In this document: in pieces, positions 10,151 through 20,108 of the stretch | Layout: every line of letters begins with the position of its first letter | Numbering within the stretch: the first letter of the stretch is position 1 | NCBI GenBank assembly: GCA_963847455.1 | Contig: CAWKAG010000042.1 | Location: 27,161-91,160, forward strand | Source of the DNA: an uncultured Acidimicrobiia bacterium | Lineage (GTDB): Bacteria > Actinomycetota > Acidimicrobiia > Spongiisociales > JAENVV01 | DNA: 64,000 nt | Direction: 5' to 3' | Program-made: the position numbers and the translations under genes | The notes under the pieces: model-generated | What the model was told of the DNA's origin: nothing | Seen by the model: the letters and a program-made list of their open reading frames with translations, nothing else | Databases searched by the model: none

Positions 10151-12913
10151 ATGCACCCGGCACCACCCGCCAGCCTTGGTCGCGGCATTGTCATCGACGA
10201 TGGCGCCCCCGCTCCCGAGCACTGGTCATCGTGCGACCGGGTGATTATCGATGCCGCCGCTCTCGCAGCTCCGTCGAAGACCATCGCCCGACTTGCGGTA
10301 GCGTGGGCAGAGCGCACACCATTGGTCATCGAGTTCCAGGTGCCCGTCGAGACGCTACGCACCACCGAAGTCAACCAAGAGGAGCCCTACACACTTCCTG
10401 CCTCGTTCGAGTTCGCAAAGGAACGACTCCAGTTCCTCGTGTGGGCCAACAACTACGACGGACGCCACGAAGGAGACCCGATCTGGTGGCATGCTCGCAA
10501 GGCGGAACGACTAGGCGCCGGACCCGGGTTGACCACCGACGTCGTGCTGCCTGATGGTCGAGCAGCCTGGTGTGATGGTGGGCCGCGCGGGCCGGTGGAA
10601 GTAGACGACCTGATCGTCCACCGCGAGTCGATCGAGTTGGGATCGCTCAACACCTCCCCCGCCCGGCCGCGTTCAACTGCCCACGGACTCGCTACCGACC
10701 AGACTGCCGCCGTCAACCATGCCGCCGGACCGGCCAGAATCATTGCACCTGCCGGATCTGGCAAGACAAGGACATTGACGGCCCGGCTCACCCATCTGAT
10801 TCGAGATCGCTGGGTCGAGCCTGAGCTCATCACCGCGGTGGCCTACAACGCCAAGGCGGCCAGGGAAATGACCGAAAGACTCGACGGCGCTACCACCTCC
10901 GTCCGCACCATCCACTCCCTGGCATATGCGATCGTGAGGACAGCGCTCGGTGAGGTCACGATGCTGAACGAGCGCGACCAGCGGTCGATCCTGGCGCCCA
11001 TGATCCCTGCTCAGCCGGTCCAGAATCGTGACATCACCGCTCCCTACCTTGAGGCACTCACCAGTGTGCGGATCGGCCTTATTGAGCCATCGATCGTCGA
11101 AGAGCAGCGTGACGACGCTCCCGGGTTCGCCGAGGTCTACGAGAAATATCGACAGGAGCTGAAGCATCGCAACGCGCTCGACTTCGACGAACAGATCTAC
11201 CAGGCCATCCAGATCCTCCTCACGAACCCACAACTGCGTCAGCGGGTCCGCAGCTCGGCCCGACATCTGCTTGTCGACGAGTTTCAGGACCTGACGCCCG
11301 CCTATCTCCTGCTACTCAGGCTGATCGCGGCTCCTGCCTACCAACTCTTCGGCGTCGGGGACGACGATCAGGTGATCTACGGCTACGCCGGTGCAGATCC
11401 GTCCTTCCTCATCGATTTCGACGACCTGTTCCCCGGCGCGGGTCACTATGCCCTTGAGACAAACTATCGCTCACCAGCAGTCGTGGTCGAGGCGGCCAAA
11501 CACCTGCTGAGCTACAACGACCGCCGGATTCCCAAGTCCATCCTATCCCCGGCAGCCATATCCCCGCCCGACTTGCGCGTCGAGAATGCCCAGTCGAGCG
11601 TCCAGGGAACAGTCGCCGCCGACATCATCAACGAATGGCTGGTCGATCACCAACCGGGCCAGATAGCGGTTCTCAGTCGGGTAAACCATGCGCTGCTCCC
11701 GGTGCAAGCGATTCTTACCGAACGCGGCATTCCGCACAACGCCCCGGTTGGTGCCGACTTCTTGCGGAGGACCGCGGTCCGGGCCTTTCTCGCGTACCTC
11801 CGACTCGGCCTCTCCCCCGAGGTCATGAGCCGCGATGACCTGCGCGAGGTACTCGGTCGACCGCCGCGACGGATGACGCGGGTGGCGTCGTCGCTGATTT
11901 CAAGCCGGCGACGATGGAGCCTCGGCGAGCTTGCCGCAGCCTCGGGTCGACTGGAAGACAGATTTCAAGACCGTTTTGACGAGTTCGTGGGCGATCTCGA
12001 AACGGTCGCCAATGCTGCACTCGGATCGACGAGCGAAGTCGTCGAAGCGGTCCGCAAGTCGGTGGGACTCGACCGGGCGGCCATGCTGCTGGATCAGTCC
12101 CGAAAGGTACCGGACCGATCAGGACACCAGGACGACCTCGACGCCATCAGCCAACTCGCCGACCTCTACCCGGATCCTGTTGCCTTCCAATCCAAGCTGG
12201 AATCGCTGCTCGCTGCTGAGGGTTCGCCTTCTGGCGTCATGCTTTCAACCATCCACAAAGTAAAGGGAGCCGAGTGGCCGTGCGTCCTGGTCTACCACGT
12301 GACCGAGGGCGTACTCCCCCATCAATTGGCCGATGACGAAGAGGAGGAGCGCCGGGTTTTTCATGTGGCGATGACCCGCGGAATCGAATCCGTTGCGATA
12401 GTCGGGGATCAGAGCCGCCCTTCTCCCTTTATCGCCGAAATGTCAGGAACCGCCAAACGCAAACCGAAGGGAAAGCCTGGGACGACAAGCCGCCGGCCCG
12501 TACCACCGGCCACCGGAGGGATCGCACCGAGCGTGGGCGATCGGCTCCGTTGGGGAGGCTATGACGGTACCGTGCAGGAGTTCACAACCGAGGGCACGGT
12601 CATCGAATTGGAAACGGGAGCTCGCTTGACGGTGCCGTGGCGCGAGCGGGTTCGAGTCGGATCGATCTCCGCACCACTGGCGAGACCGACCGTGGACGCC
12701 GACCCGGTGCTTGTCACAGCGCTGAAACAGTGGCGGACCGAAACGGCCCGAGCCCAGAATGTTCCGGCGTACATCGTGCTCACCGACAAACACCTCATCG
12801 GGATTGCTACCAGACGGCCCACCACCATCGAAGAACTGCTCGACTGCCCGGGAATTGGGTCGACCAAGGCCGAGACCTACGGCGAAGCGATCCTCGAAGC
12901 CATCGAGGGATAG
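10151..12913 (+). CDS. UvrD-family ATP-dependent helicase with C-terminal HRDC domain (UvrD2-like)
   Basis: APAGSGKT, VDEFQD, VGDDDQ, TIHKVKGAEW, HVAMTRG; HRDC LKQWR...VPAYIV...GIG..K...YG. Start ATG 7 nt after TAGCCT. Confidence 0.92.
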   Translation: MHPAPPASLGRGIVIDDGAPAPEHWSSCDRVIIDAAALAAPSKTIARLAVAWAERTPLVIEFQVPVETLRTTEVNQEEPYTLPASFEFAKERLQFLVWANNYDGRHEGDPIWWHARKAERLGAGPGLTTDVVLPDGRAAWCDGGPRGPVEVDDLIVHRESIELGSLNTSPARPRSTAHGLATDQTAAVNHAAGPARIIAPAGSGKTRTLTARLTHLIRDRWVEPELITAVAYNAKAAREMTERLDGATTSVRTIHSLAYAIVRTALGEVTMLNERDQRSILAPMIPAQPVQNRDITAPYLEALTSVRIGLIEPSIVEEQRDDAPGFAEVYEKYRQELKHRNALDFDEQIYQAIQILLTNPQLRQRVRSSARHLLVDEFQDLTPAYLLLLRLIAAPAYQLFGVGDDDQVIYGYAGADPSFLIDFDDLFPGAGHYALETNYRSPAVVVEAAKHLLSYNDRRIPKSILSPAAISPPDLRVENAQSSVQGTVAADIINEWLVDHQPGQIAVLSRVNHALLPVQAILTERGIPHNAPVGADFLRRTAVRAFLAYLRLGLSPEVMSRDDLREVLGRPPRRMTRVASSLISSRRRWSLGELAAASGRLEDRFQDRFDEFVGDLETVANAALGSTSEVVEAVRKSVGLDRAAMLLDQSRKVPDRSGHQDDLDAISQLADLYPDPVAFQSKLESLLAAEGSPSGVMLSTIHKVKGAEWPCVLVYHVTEGVLPHQLADDEEEERRVFHVAMTRGIESVAIVGDQSRPSPFIAEMSGTAKRKPKGKPGTTSRRPVPPATGGIAPSVGDRLRWGGYDGTVQEFTTEGTVIELETGARLTVPWRERVRVGSISAPLARPTVDADPVLVTALKQWRTETARAQNVPAYIVLTDKHLIGIATRRPTTIEELLDCPGIGSTKAETYGEAILEAIEG

Positions 12914-12941
12914 CTCCCACGGCCCGATTGGAGTACCGACT

Positions 12942-13664
12942 GTGACCGACAACCTGGAAGTAGCTCGCAACCTGCTCGCTGACGCGAGGAACGTCGTGTC
13001 GTTCTCAGGCGCCGGATTGTCCGCCGAGTCGGGTATCGCCACCTTTCGAGACCCGGACGGCGTCTGGAAGCAGGTTGATCCCACCGTGTACGCATCGGCG
13101 CACGGATTCCAGGCCCAGCCAACGGAGGTGTCCGACTGGTATGCAGCCCGTCGACGCACCCTGGCGGGTAGCACCCCCAACGACGCCCATTATGCGCTCG
13201 CCCGGTCAGGTTGGCATAGTCACATAACCCAGAATGTGGACAATCTCCTTGAGCGGGCCGGCGCCCGCAATGTCGTGCACCTGCATGGGACCCTCGACTC
13301 GGATCGTTGTCACGCCAACTGTGGGTATGTCATGGGTGTCGATCTTGCCCAACCGCCTGCACTCGGCACCTGTCCAAACTGTGGTGCGATGCTGAGACCC
13401 AACGTCGTGTGGTTCGGCGAGATGCTTCCACCATCGGCCTGGGGGGCCGCTGAATCTGCCATACGGAGCGCCGACGTCGCTGTAGTCATTGGTACCAGCG
13501 CCGAGGTGTGGCCGGCCGCCGGATTGATCGCCGAAGCCAAACAGGTGATCAGCGTGAACACCGAACCTACTTTTACCGGCCGACGGGCAACCATAGAACT
13601 CATTGGATCAGCGGCAACCGTCGTGCCGAAGCTGCTTACCTCGGCCGGCCCGAATACTCTGTAA
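12942..13664 (+). CDS. cobB: NAD-dependent protein deacylase (sirtuin, CobB type)
   Basis: GAGLSAESGIATFR, WYAARR (YxxR), TQNVDNL, LHG, CHANC/CPNC, GTSAEV. Start GTG follows GGAG. Confidence 0.92.
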   Translation: MTDNLEVARNLLADARNVVSFSGAGLSAESGIATFRDPDGVWKQVDPTVYASAHGFQAQPTEVSDWYAARRRTLAGSTPNDAHYALARSGWHSHITQNVDNLLERAGARNVVHLHGTLDSDRCHANCGYVMGVDLAQPPALGTCPNCGAMLRPNVVWFGEMLPPSAWGAAESAIRSADVAVVIGTSAEVWPAAGLIAEAKQVISVNTEPTFTGRRATIELIGSAATVVPKLLTSAGPNTL

Positions 13665-14745
13665 GTTCATACGGACGCACAATGCCCACTGGTTCTCCTC
13701 CGGCAACCACGACCGCGTTGAAATCGCGTGAACCGAGCACGCTGAGCATCTGACCAACGCTCGTTCCGCTTTCGACAATCTCAGCGGTTCGTACGGCAAC
13801 CATCGCATCACGAACTTGCGGTGTCGTAGCCGGGTCCACCGCCGATCGGTGCAGGACTCCGAGTACCTCTCCCCACGGACCCATAACTGGAAGGACTTCT
13901 TCGTCTCCGAAGTCGACGGTATCAATGCTGGCGGCTGGCGAAATGTAGGCACCGACCCGCCGCATCACCCGATCGACGGGAAGTTCGAGTAGGTCGTTGT
14001 CGGTGAATGGCTGGGAGTAGGCAACGCTGGCCGCTCCGAACAATATCCATCCAATGAACCCGATCCACAAACCATCAAAGCCCAGCCAGCCAAATAGGAC
14101 GAGACCGGTCAGCATGACAACTGCTCCGAGCGCCTGACCAGCCCGGGCGGCCACGCGGGTTGCCTGAACGCGGTTCCCGGTCGCTTTCCACACGGCCGAG
14201 CGCAAGACTCTGCCCCCGTCGAGTGGGATACCCGGCAGGAGATTCGTGACCGCCAGCCAGATATTGATCCACCCAACCCACCGCAAGGTTGGATTGAGAA
14301 CCGCTGACGAGGTGAGGTTGGTGGCGGCCAGGAAGAGCACGCCCATCGCCGCAGACGAAATTGGCCCGGAGGCGGCGATCAAGAATTCGTCTCCGGGTGT
14401 TCGGGCCTCATGAGCAAGTTCTGATACGCCACCGAAAACCATGAGCCTGATCCGCTTAACTGGCACGCCCCGTCGGATAGCCACGACGGAGTGGGATACC
14501 TCGTGCAGCAATACGCCGACCCCGAACATGGCAGCACCAAATGCTCCAGCCGCCCACCCCGAAACACCTGCGTCCAGATTGCGCTGCAAACTCCAGGTGA
14601 GTAGCCCCATGATGGCCACCCAGGAGAAGCCCGCGCTTAGCGGGATACCGAAAATCCGGCCCAGATAGATGTCACGACGCCTGGGTTGACTGGTGGGCGG
14701 TAACGGCGGCGGGGTGGCCGCCTCGCTCCCGGAGGGACTGTGCAT
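13636..14745 (-). CDS. site-2 protease (M50) with C-terminal CBS-like pair
   Basis: HEVSH zinc motif, ASGP, NLLPGIPLDGG, several TM segments. Confidence 0.92.
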   Translation of the reverse strand: MHSPSGSEAATPPPLPPTSQPRRRDIYLGRIFGIPLSAGFSWVAIMGLLTWSLQRNLDAGVSGWAAGAFGAAMFGVGVLLHEVSHSVVAIRRGVPVKRIRLMVFGGVSELAHEARTPGDEFLIAASGPISSAAMGVLFLAATNLTSSAVLNPTLRWVGWINIWLAVTNLLPGIPLDGGRVLRSAVWKATGNRVQATRVAARAGQALGAVVMLTGLVLFGWLGFDGLWIGFIGWILFGAASVAYSQPFTDNDLLELPVDRVMRRVGAYISPAASIDTVDFGDEEVLPVMGPWGEVLGVLHRSAVDPATTPQVRDAMVAVRTAEIVESGTSVGQMLSVLGSRDFNAVVVAGGEPVGIVRPYELTEYSGRPR

Positions 14746-14771
14746 GCCGATAGCCTACGCGCAACGGCTGC

Positions 14772-16010
14772 CTACTCCGGACGTTCATCCATCTCGGACA
14801 TGTCTGTTAGCTCGGGCATATCCGGGGTCCCATCATCTAAGGCGGCTGCGTAAGCTCCGGCGAGCGGTGCCGCAGATAGGCCATGCAAGATCACACTGAG
14901 CAGCACCGTGAACGAAACAACTGTAAGCGTAAGCTGACTTAGCACGGCCTCCTCCTCCAGCGATTCGGCGGCGAGCAGGACGAAGACGACCGACGCAATT
15001 CCTCGTGGACCGAACCAGGCGATCATGGCAACGGTCACAGGCCGCAGCTTCGATCCGATCAAGGCAATGGCGACCGGTACCGCCCGAATGACCGTGAGCG
15101 AAAGAAGCGCATACCCAACGATTGGCCAGGTCAGGTTCCCCAAGGCCACCGGCACCGCTACGGCTCCAAAAGCGAGGAACGAGAGCAAGGTGAGCAAACG
15201 CCCTTCGTTGTCGGTGAACGCAAACAGGGTTGAGCACAGTTCACGCGCCCGGCTGCCCAGAACCATTCCGGCAACGAACACCGCCACAAAACCGGACGCC
15301 CCGACGGTTTCAGCTGCGGCGAAGGTCGCCAGCGCTAAGCCGAGCGTGCCAATCCTCGTACCCATGGTGTCAGACCAACCTCGTCTCGTGGACCCGACCA
15401 ATGATGCTGCGCCGAGGCGTCCGGCGAGTATCCCGACAGTCACGCCTACGATGATGGACGCCAGGGCCGACGCCACACCTTCTGCGCCCGTTTCCATAGA
15501 GACCGCGAACGCAATGGCAGCGGTGAGAGCCGGCACGGCCAGACCGTCGTTGAGTCCTGACTCGACGCTGAGCGATTGGCGAACAAAGACGGGCACCCGC
15601 TTGTCGCTAACGACTGCTTCGCCGAGCGCCGCGTCTGTCGGGGCAAGCATCACGGCACACAACGCCGCCGCACCCCACGATCCCAGCAGGGGTCGCCCGA
15701 CCAGCAGACCAAGTCCGATCGTCAACGGCAACCCGATGAGAAGGAGCCGCACCGGGATATGAAGACGTTCTCGAACAACCTGCAAATCCACCCGGGCGGC
15801 ATCGGAGAAAAGAACCAGGGCCAGGGTGACCTCGAGGAGACTCTCTATCAGTGACGTCGAAATTCCGCTGAACCACGGCGACCAAGCCAGCAACATTCCC
15901 GCCCCAACAAAAATAATCGGGGGCGTAATCAGCCCTGGCTCGAGGCGTTTCGCCACCAGCGAGAAGCCGAACACCAGACTGGCTATGAGCAGAAGTGAAA
16001 CGCTATCCAT
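14772..16010 (-). CDS. CPA1-family cation:proton antiporter
   Basis: APTDAAL, ESGLNDG, WFGPRGIAS, LHGLSA. Confidence 0.92.
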   Translation of the reverse strand: MDSVSLLLIASLVFGFSLVAKRLEPGLITPPIIFVGAGMLLAWSPWFSGISTSLIESLLEVTLALVLFSDAARVDLQVVRERLHIPVRLLLIGLPLTIGLGLLVGRPLLGSWGAAALCAVMLAPTDAALGEAVVSDKRVPVFVRQSLSVESGLNDGLAVPALTAAIAFAVSMETGAEGVASALASIIVGVTVGILAGRLGAASLVGSTRRGWSDTMGTRIGTLGLALATFAAAETVGASGFVAVFVAGMVLGSRARELCSTLFAFTDNEGRLLTLLSFLAFGAVAVPVALGNLTWPIVGYALLSLTVIRAVPVAIALIGSKLRPVTVAMIAWFGPRGIASVVFVLLAAESLEEEAVLSQLTLTVVSFTVLLSVILHGLSAAPLAGAYAAALDDGTPDMPELTDMSEMDERPE

Positions 16011-16125
16011 GTCGGCAACCTACCGGAGCGAGAGAGTCAGACCACTGAAGGCGGCACCAACTTCCTAGACCAGCCAGCTACGCTAAGCGTCGCTTCAGCG
16101 ACTTAGTACGACTACAGAGGGTCCG

Positions 16126-17208
16126 ATGGCCAAACTCGATCCGCTCTTTCGGGGGCTCCATCAACAAGGGGGCTCGGACCTCCACCTTGTCTCCGGCCAG
16201 GTGCCGATTATGCGCATCCACGGTGATCTAGTTCGCGTCAAATCTGAACCACTCAATGATCAAACCGTCAGGGCCCTGCTGCGCGAGATCACCCCACCGG
16301 CCATCTGGGAGATGTTTGAAGAGACAGGCGACGTCGACTTCGGCTACGAAGTTGCCGGCCTGGCACGATTCCGCGCCAACCTCTTCGTACAAAAGAGTGG
16401 CGCGGCAGGCGTATTTCGTTTGATCCCCGAGGAGATCCTCACCTGCGACCAACTGAACCTTCCTCCACAGGTTCGCAACCTGGCGCAACTCCACAAAGGC
16501 CTGGTGCTCGTAACCGGGCCGACCGGATCGGGTAAATCAACCACATTGGCTGCCATCATCGACGAGGCCAACAAAACCCGCAACGATCACATTCTTACGA
16601 TCGAAGACCCGGTGGAGTTCGTCCACAAAAGCCGCATGTCGCTGGTCAATCACCGTGAGGTCGGCAGCCACACCCGCTCGTTCGCCGCAGCCCTAAGGGC
16701 CGCACTGCGAGAAGACCCTGATGTAATTCTGGTCGGCGAGATGCGCGACCTGGAAACCATCCGCCTGGCGATCGAAGCCGCCGCGACTGGCCACCTCGTG
16801 TTTGGAACCTTGCACACCAACAACGCTGCCAAAACTGTGGACCGTATCATTGAGGTTTTCCCGGCTGATGAACAAGAGCAGATTCGCTCAACACTGGCGG
16901 ACTCGCTCAAGGCCGTCGTAGCCCAGACGTTATTCCGAACCATTGACACACCGGGACGGGTGGCAGCGCTCGAGATCATGATCTGCACCCCTGCGATTGG
17001 CAACCTGATCAGGGAAGGCAAGACGTTCCAGATCCCATCGCTCATGCAGACCGGCCGATCTGGAGGCATGCAAACACTTGATCATGCGATCCTCGAACTT
17101 CTCAACGCCAAGCGAATCGATCCGGAAACAGCCGTCGAACGTGCCATCAACACGGAATTGATCCTGCCGTTCCTACCGGCAGGACATCCAGCCAAACAGG
17201 CGACATGA
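16126..17208 (+). CDS. pilT: type IV pilus retraction ATPase PilT
   Basis: SDLHL, GPTGSGKSTT, TIEDPVE, ALREDPD, GHLVFGTLH, AIGNLIRE, GMQT. Confidence 0.95.
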   Translation: MAKLDPLFRGLHQQGGSDLHLVSGQVPIMRIHGDLVRVKSEPLNDQTVRALLREITPPAIWEMFEETGDVDFGYEVAGLARFRANLFVQKSGAAGVFRLIPEEILTCDQLNLPPQVRNLAQLHKGLVLVTGPTGSGKSTTLAAIIDEANKTRNDHILTIEDPVEFVHKSRMSLVNHREVGSHTRSFAAALRAALREDPDVILVGEMRDLETIRLAIEAAATGHLVFGTLHTNNAAKTVDRIIEVFPADEQEQIRSTLADSLKAVVAQTLFRTIDTPGRVAALEIMICTPAIGNLIREGKTFQIPSLMQTGRSGGMQTLDHAILELLNAKRIDPETAVERAINTELILPFLPAGHPAKQAT

Positions 17209-17660
17209 ACGATTACCGGGTAGCCAAACTCGAGGCGCCAGCCTCGTTTTACCTCACCAATTCGAAAGTGATCCGCGGCACCGTGTTCTTGGCGGAGTTC
17301 TCGGCAACCCACAGCGGACCCGAAACCATTCTGGACCTGGTTGGCTCGATGGAGCCGATGCTCCCGATGCTCGATCTCTCCGGCCGGTTCGTGCTGCTGG
17401 GCCGCAGCCAGATCGTCGCAGTCCAGACTTCCCCCGAGTTGGCAGGAGCCCAGAACGTCATGAGTCAGGTCACCGCCCAGATTGAGACCGCCGGCGGACA
17501 CACGTTCATGGGAGACCTGCACGTCCCGACGGGATTTGGCGATCGCATATCTGACGCATTCAACGGAACCTTCGAGTGGCACGCCATGAAGACTGGATCG
17601 GCAGTGACGTGGCTGAGTAGGCGCCACATCGTTAAGGCACGAACCGACACCCCTGAATAG
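17205..17660 (+). CDS. hypothetical protein with an internally duplicated small beta domain (DUF6812-like)
   Basis: Two similar halves (GTVFL...ETILDL...MLP / GDLHV...RISDAFN); overlaps the pilT stop. Confidence 0.7.
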   Translation: MNDYRVAKLEAPASFYLTNSKVIRGTVFLAEFSATHSGPETILDLVGSMEPMLPMLDLSGRFVLLGRSQIVAVQTSPELAGAQNVMSQVTAQIETAGGHTFMGDLHVPTGFGDRISDAFNGTFEWHAMKTGSAVTWLSRRHIVKARTDTPE

Positions 17661-17725
17661 GTGATGGCCGGGGTCGCCGACCAAAGTCCCACCAAAAGCC
17701 ACCCCGTGTCTAACGTGAGACGATA

Positions 17726-18166
17726 ATGGAAGCTCTACACATCAAGAAGCAGCCGGTGCCCGCCACCCTCTACCTGGTCGACGGAGCCGTTGATGCCGGC
17801 ACGATCTTCCTCGCCCAACAGTCCGTCCATCGCAGCGGAGCCGAAACGATCGGGGAACTTTTGACGGACGATCATGAACCGATGCTGCCCTTCCGTATCC
17901 GTGGCGAACGCTTTCAACTGATCGGCAAGGCAGGAATTGCGGCGATCCGGGCAGTGTCGGGGGCCGAACCGATCGGATTCTACGGCAAGGCCCATGCTGT
18001 GATCGAACTCGTGGGTGGCCACCGATTCGACGGTCAGCTACTTTTCGAAGAAGGGCACGGGAAGCGCATCTCCGATGCCCTCAAAGAGCCGTGGGTGAGG
18101 TTGGAAACTCAAGCTGGTCTGGTCTGGGCCAACCGCCCGCATATCTTGCGGATCGAAACCCGCTGA
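17726..18166 (+). CDS. paralog of the preceding gene (DUF6812-like tandem domain)
   Basis: GTIFLAQQSVHRSGAETIGELL aligns with GTVFLAEFSATHSGPETILDLV; KRISDAL aligns with DRISDAF. Confidence 0.7.
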   Translation: MEALHIKKQPVPATLYLVDGAVDAGTIFLAQQSVHRSGAETIGELLTDDHEPMLPFRIRGERFQLIGKAGIAAIRAVSGAEPIGFYGKAHAVIELVGGHRFDGQLLFEEGHGKRISDALKEPWVRLETQAGLVWANRPHILRIETR

Positions 18167-18167
18167 A

Positions 18168-18797
18168 CTATTTCTTGGCAGCTTCGTAGTACGGATCGGT
18201 TCCGGACGCATGATCGGTGACATCTTCGACGGCCAGTAGCTCTGGGATAGCATCCTTGAGAATCCGTTCGATCCCTTGCTTCAGGGTTACCGATGCCATC
18301 CCGCAGCCCTGGCAGCCACCCATGAGCTGCAAATACGCCGTCCGGTCATCGACAGATACAAGCTTGGCCGCTCCGCCATGCCCGGCAATCGCCGGGTTCA
18401 CCTGGCGCTCGATCACTTGCTGCACCTTGTCGGCGAGGGGGCCAACCAGATCTCCAGGAATGCTATCGGTGTTCATCAGCGGGGTGGCCGGTTGATTCGG
18501 ATTGTCGATCGCCAGCGCAGGGTTCGCCGGATCGGACCCGAGCGAAAGCGTCGCCCCATCGAGGTTTTCGGTGTCCTTCTTCGGAATCAACACCGAGAGC
18601 TCGCCGTAGCTATACCGCTCGTCGGTATCCTTCTGGTCAGAAACCGGCATGAAGCTGAGTTCATACACAAACTGCGGGCCTTTGATCCCGGTGATTTCGA
18701 TAAAGAGGGCGAGTTCGTGCTCGGACTCTTCGCCATCGCGTATCTCTATGATTTTTCCGACTGCGTCTTCCGTGATCGAAAGCGGTTGGGTGCTCAC
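18168..18797 (-). CDS. nfuA: Fe-S cluster carrier NfuA (degenerate A-type domain plus NifU-C domain)
   Basis: VNPAIAGHGG, GGCQGC, TLKQGIE, DVTDH..G.DPYY. GTG start after GGAG. Confidence 0.92.
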   Translation of the reverse strand: MSTQPLSITEDAVGKIIEIRDGEESEHELALFIEITGIKGPQFVYELSFMPVSDQKDTDERYSYGELSVLIPKKDTENLDGATLSLGSDPANPALAIDNPNQPATPLMNTDSIPGDLVGPLADKVQQVIERQVNPAIAGHGGAAKLVSVDDRTAYLQLMGGCQGCGMASVTLKQGIERILKDAIPELLAVEDVTDHASGTDPYYEAAKK

Positions 18798-18874
18798 GTG
18801 AATCTCCACTGTCCGTGTCCGCGCATGTTAGTTCAGATTTCATCTTCGTCATCCCCACCTACCATCATGGGCCT

Positions 18875-20108
18875 ATGGAGCGGGTAGCCATCATCCTCCC
18901 TTCGGAGACCTATCGGGCGAAAGCGTTCGTTGAGGCGGCGCGTGATCTCGGAGTCCAACTCACCGTCGTTTCAGAAAAGCGACAGCTACTCCTGAGCGAA
19001 GCGGAATTCTTACAGATCGATCTCGCCAGCCCCATGCAGGCTGCCGCCGACATCGTAGAACGCCATACGGCAACACCATTCGCCGCCATCATTCCCGTTG
19101 ACGACCAGGGAGTACTCGTGGCTGCCTACGCCGCCCACGATCTCGGTTTGGCCCACAACCATCCGGCCGCGGTAGCCACCACGCGCGAAAAGGCCATGCT
19201 CCGACGGGCCCTGCGGGACAAAGTCCCTCAGCCGCCTTTCGTCGTCGTCGAGCGTTCAGCGGATGCCGCCGAGGTCGCGGCAGGACTTAAAATGCCACTC
19301 GTCATCAAACCGCTCAGCCTGGCGGCTTCACAGGGTGTCATCCGGGTTGACACGCCACACGAGGCACCGGCCGCCGTAGCGCGAATTCGTCGGATCCTGG
19401 CGTGCAGCGACCGAAATCCCAACGAGCCACTCCTCTTCGAGCGGTTCGTCCCCGGCGACGAAGTTGCGGTCGAAGGAGTTCTGGTCAAAGGGGCGCTGAA
19501 GATCCTGGCGGTGCTGGACAAACCTGATCCGCTCGACGGCCCCTATTTCGAGGAGTCGATCTACGTCACGCCGTCGCGTCACCACCCCGAGATACTCGCC
19601 GAGGTAGCCCGGGTAACCCAGCTGGCCATCGATGCGATCGGGCTCACCGAGGGACCGGTGCACGCGGAGCTACGGATCGATGGATCCTTCGTCCGACTGA
19701 TCGAGCTTGCGGCACGCCCGATCGGGGGCTTATGCGGCGAAGCGCTGCAATTCGGACTCCTCGGGACAAGTCTGGAAACCATGCTCCTGCCGCGCCGCCC
19801 TTGGCATGCGCATCCCCGAGATCCGGCCGTATCACCCTTCGTCTGGCGTCATGATGCTTCCAACACCGACCAGCGGAACCTTCCGGGGGGTGTCGGGTGG
19901 CGCCCAGGCCCTTGCCGTCGGTGGCATCACAAAACTGACGGTCAGCGTCCCGGTGGGCGAGCCGGTCGAATCGTGGCCAGAAGGCAACCGCTACCTCGGC
20001 TTCTTGTTCGCGACGGGCCAGACCCCCGCCGAAGTTGAACATGCGCTGCGAACTGCCTTTGCGCTCCTCACTATCGAGATAGACGAGCGCCCCACCGAAT
20101 CCGCTTAG
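18875..20108 (+). CDS. ATP-grasp domain protein, split by a +1 frameshift at ~19790
   Basis: VIKPLSLAASQGV, FVPGDEVAVEG, HAELR, IELAARPIGG. Removing one C in CTG-C-CGC joins it to RAALGM...WPEGNRYLGFLFA and gives ~410 aa. Confidence 0.85.

Noticed and set aside
12759-12941. Extended sirtuin N-terminus or helicase-sirtuin fusion
   Set aside because: The extension overlaps the HRDC coding region in another frame; the helicase has a clean TAG and cobB has its own GGAG-GTG start.
19775-19810. Programmed ribosomal frameshift in the ATP-grasp gene
   Set aside because: No slippery sequence or stimulator is visible, and a similar lone insertion near nt 102 points to sequencing error.
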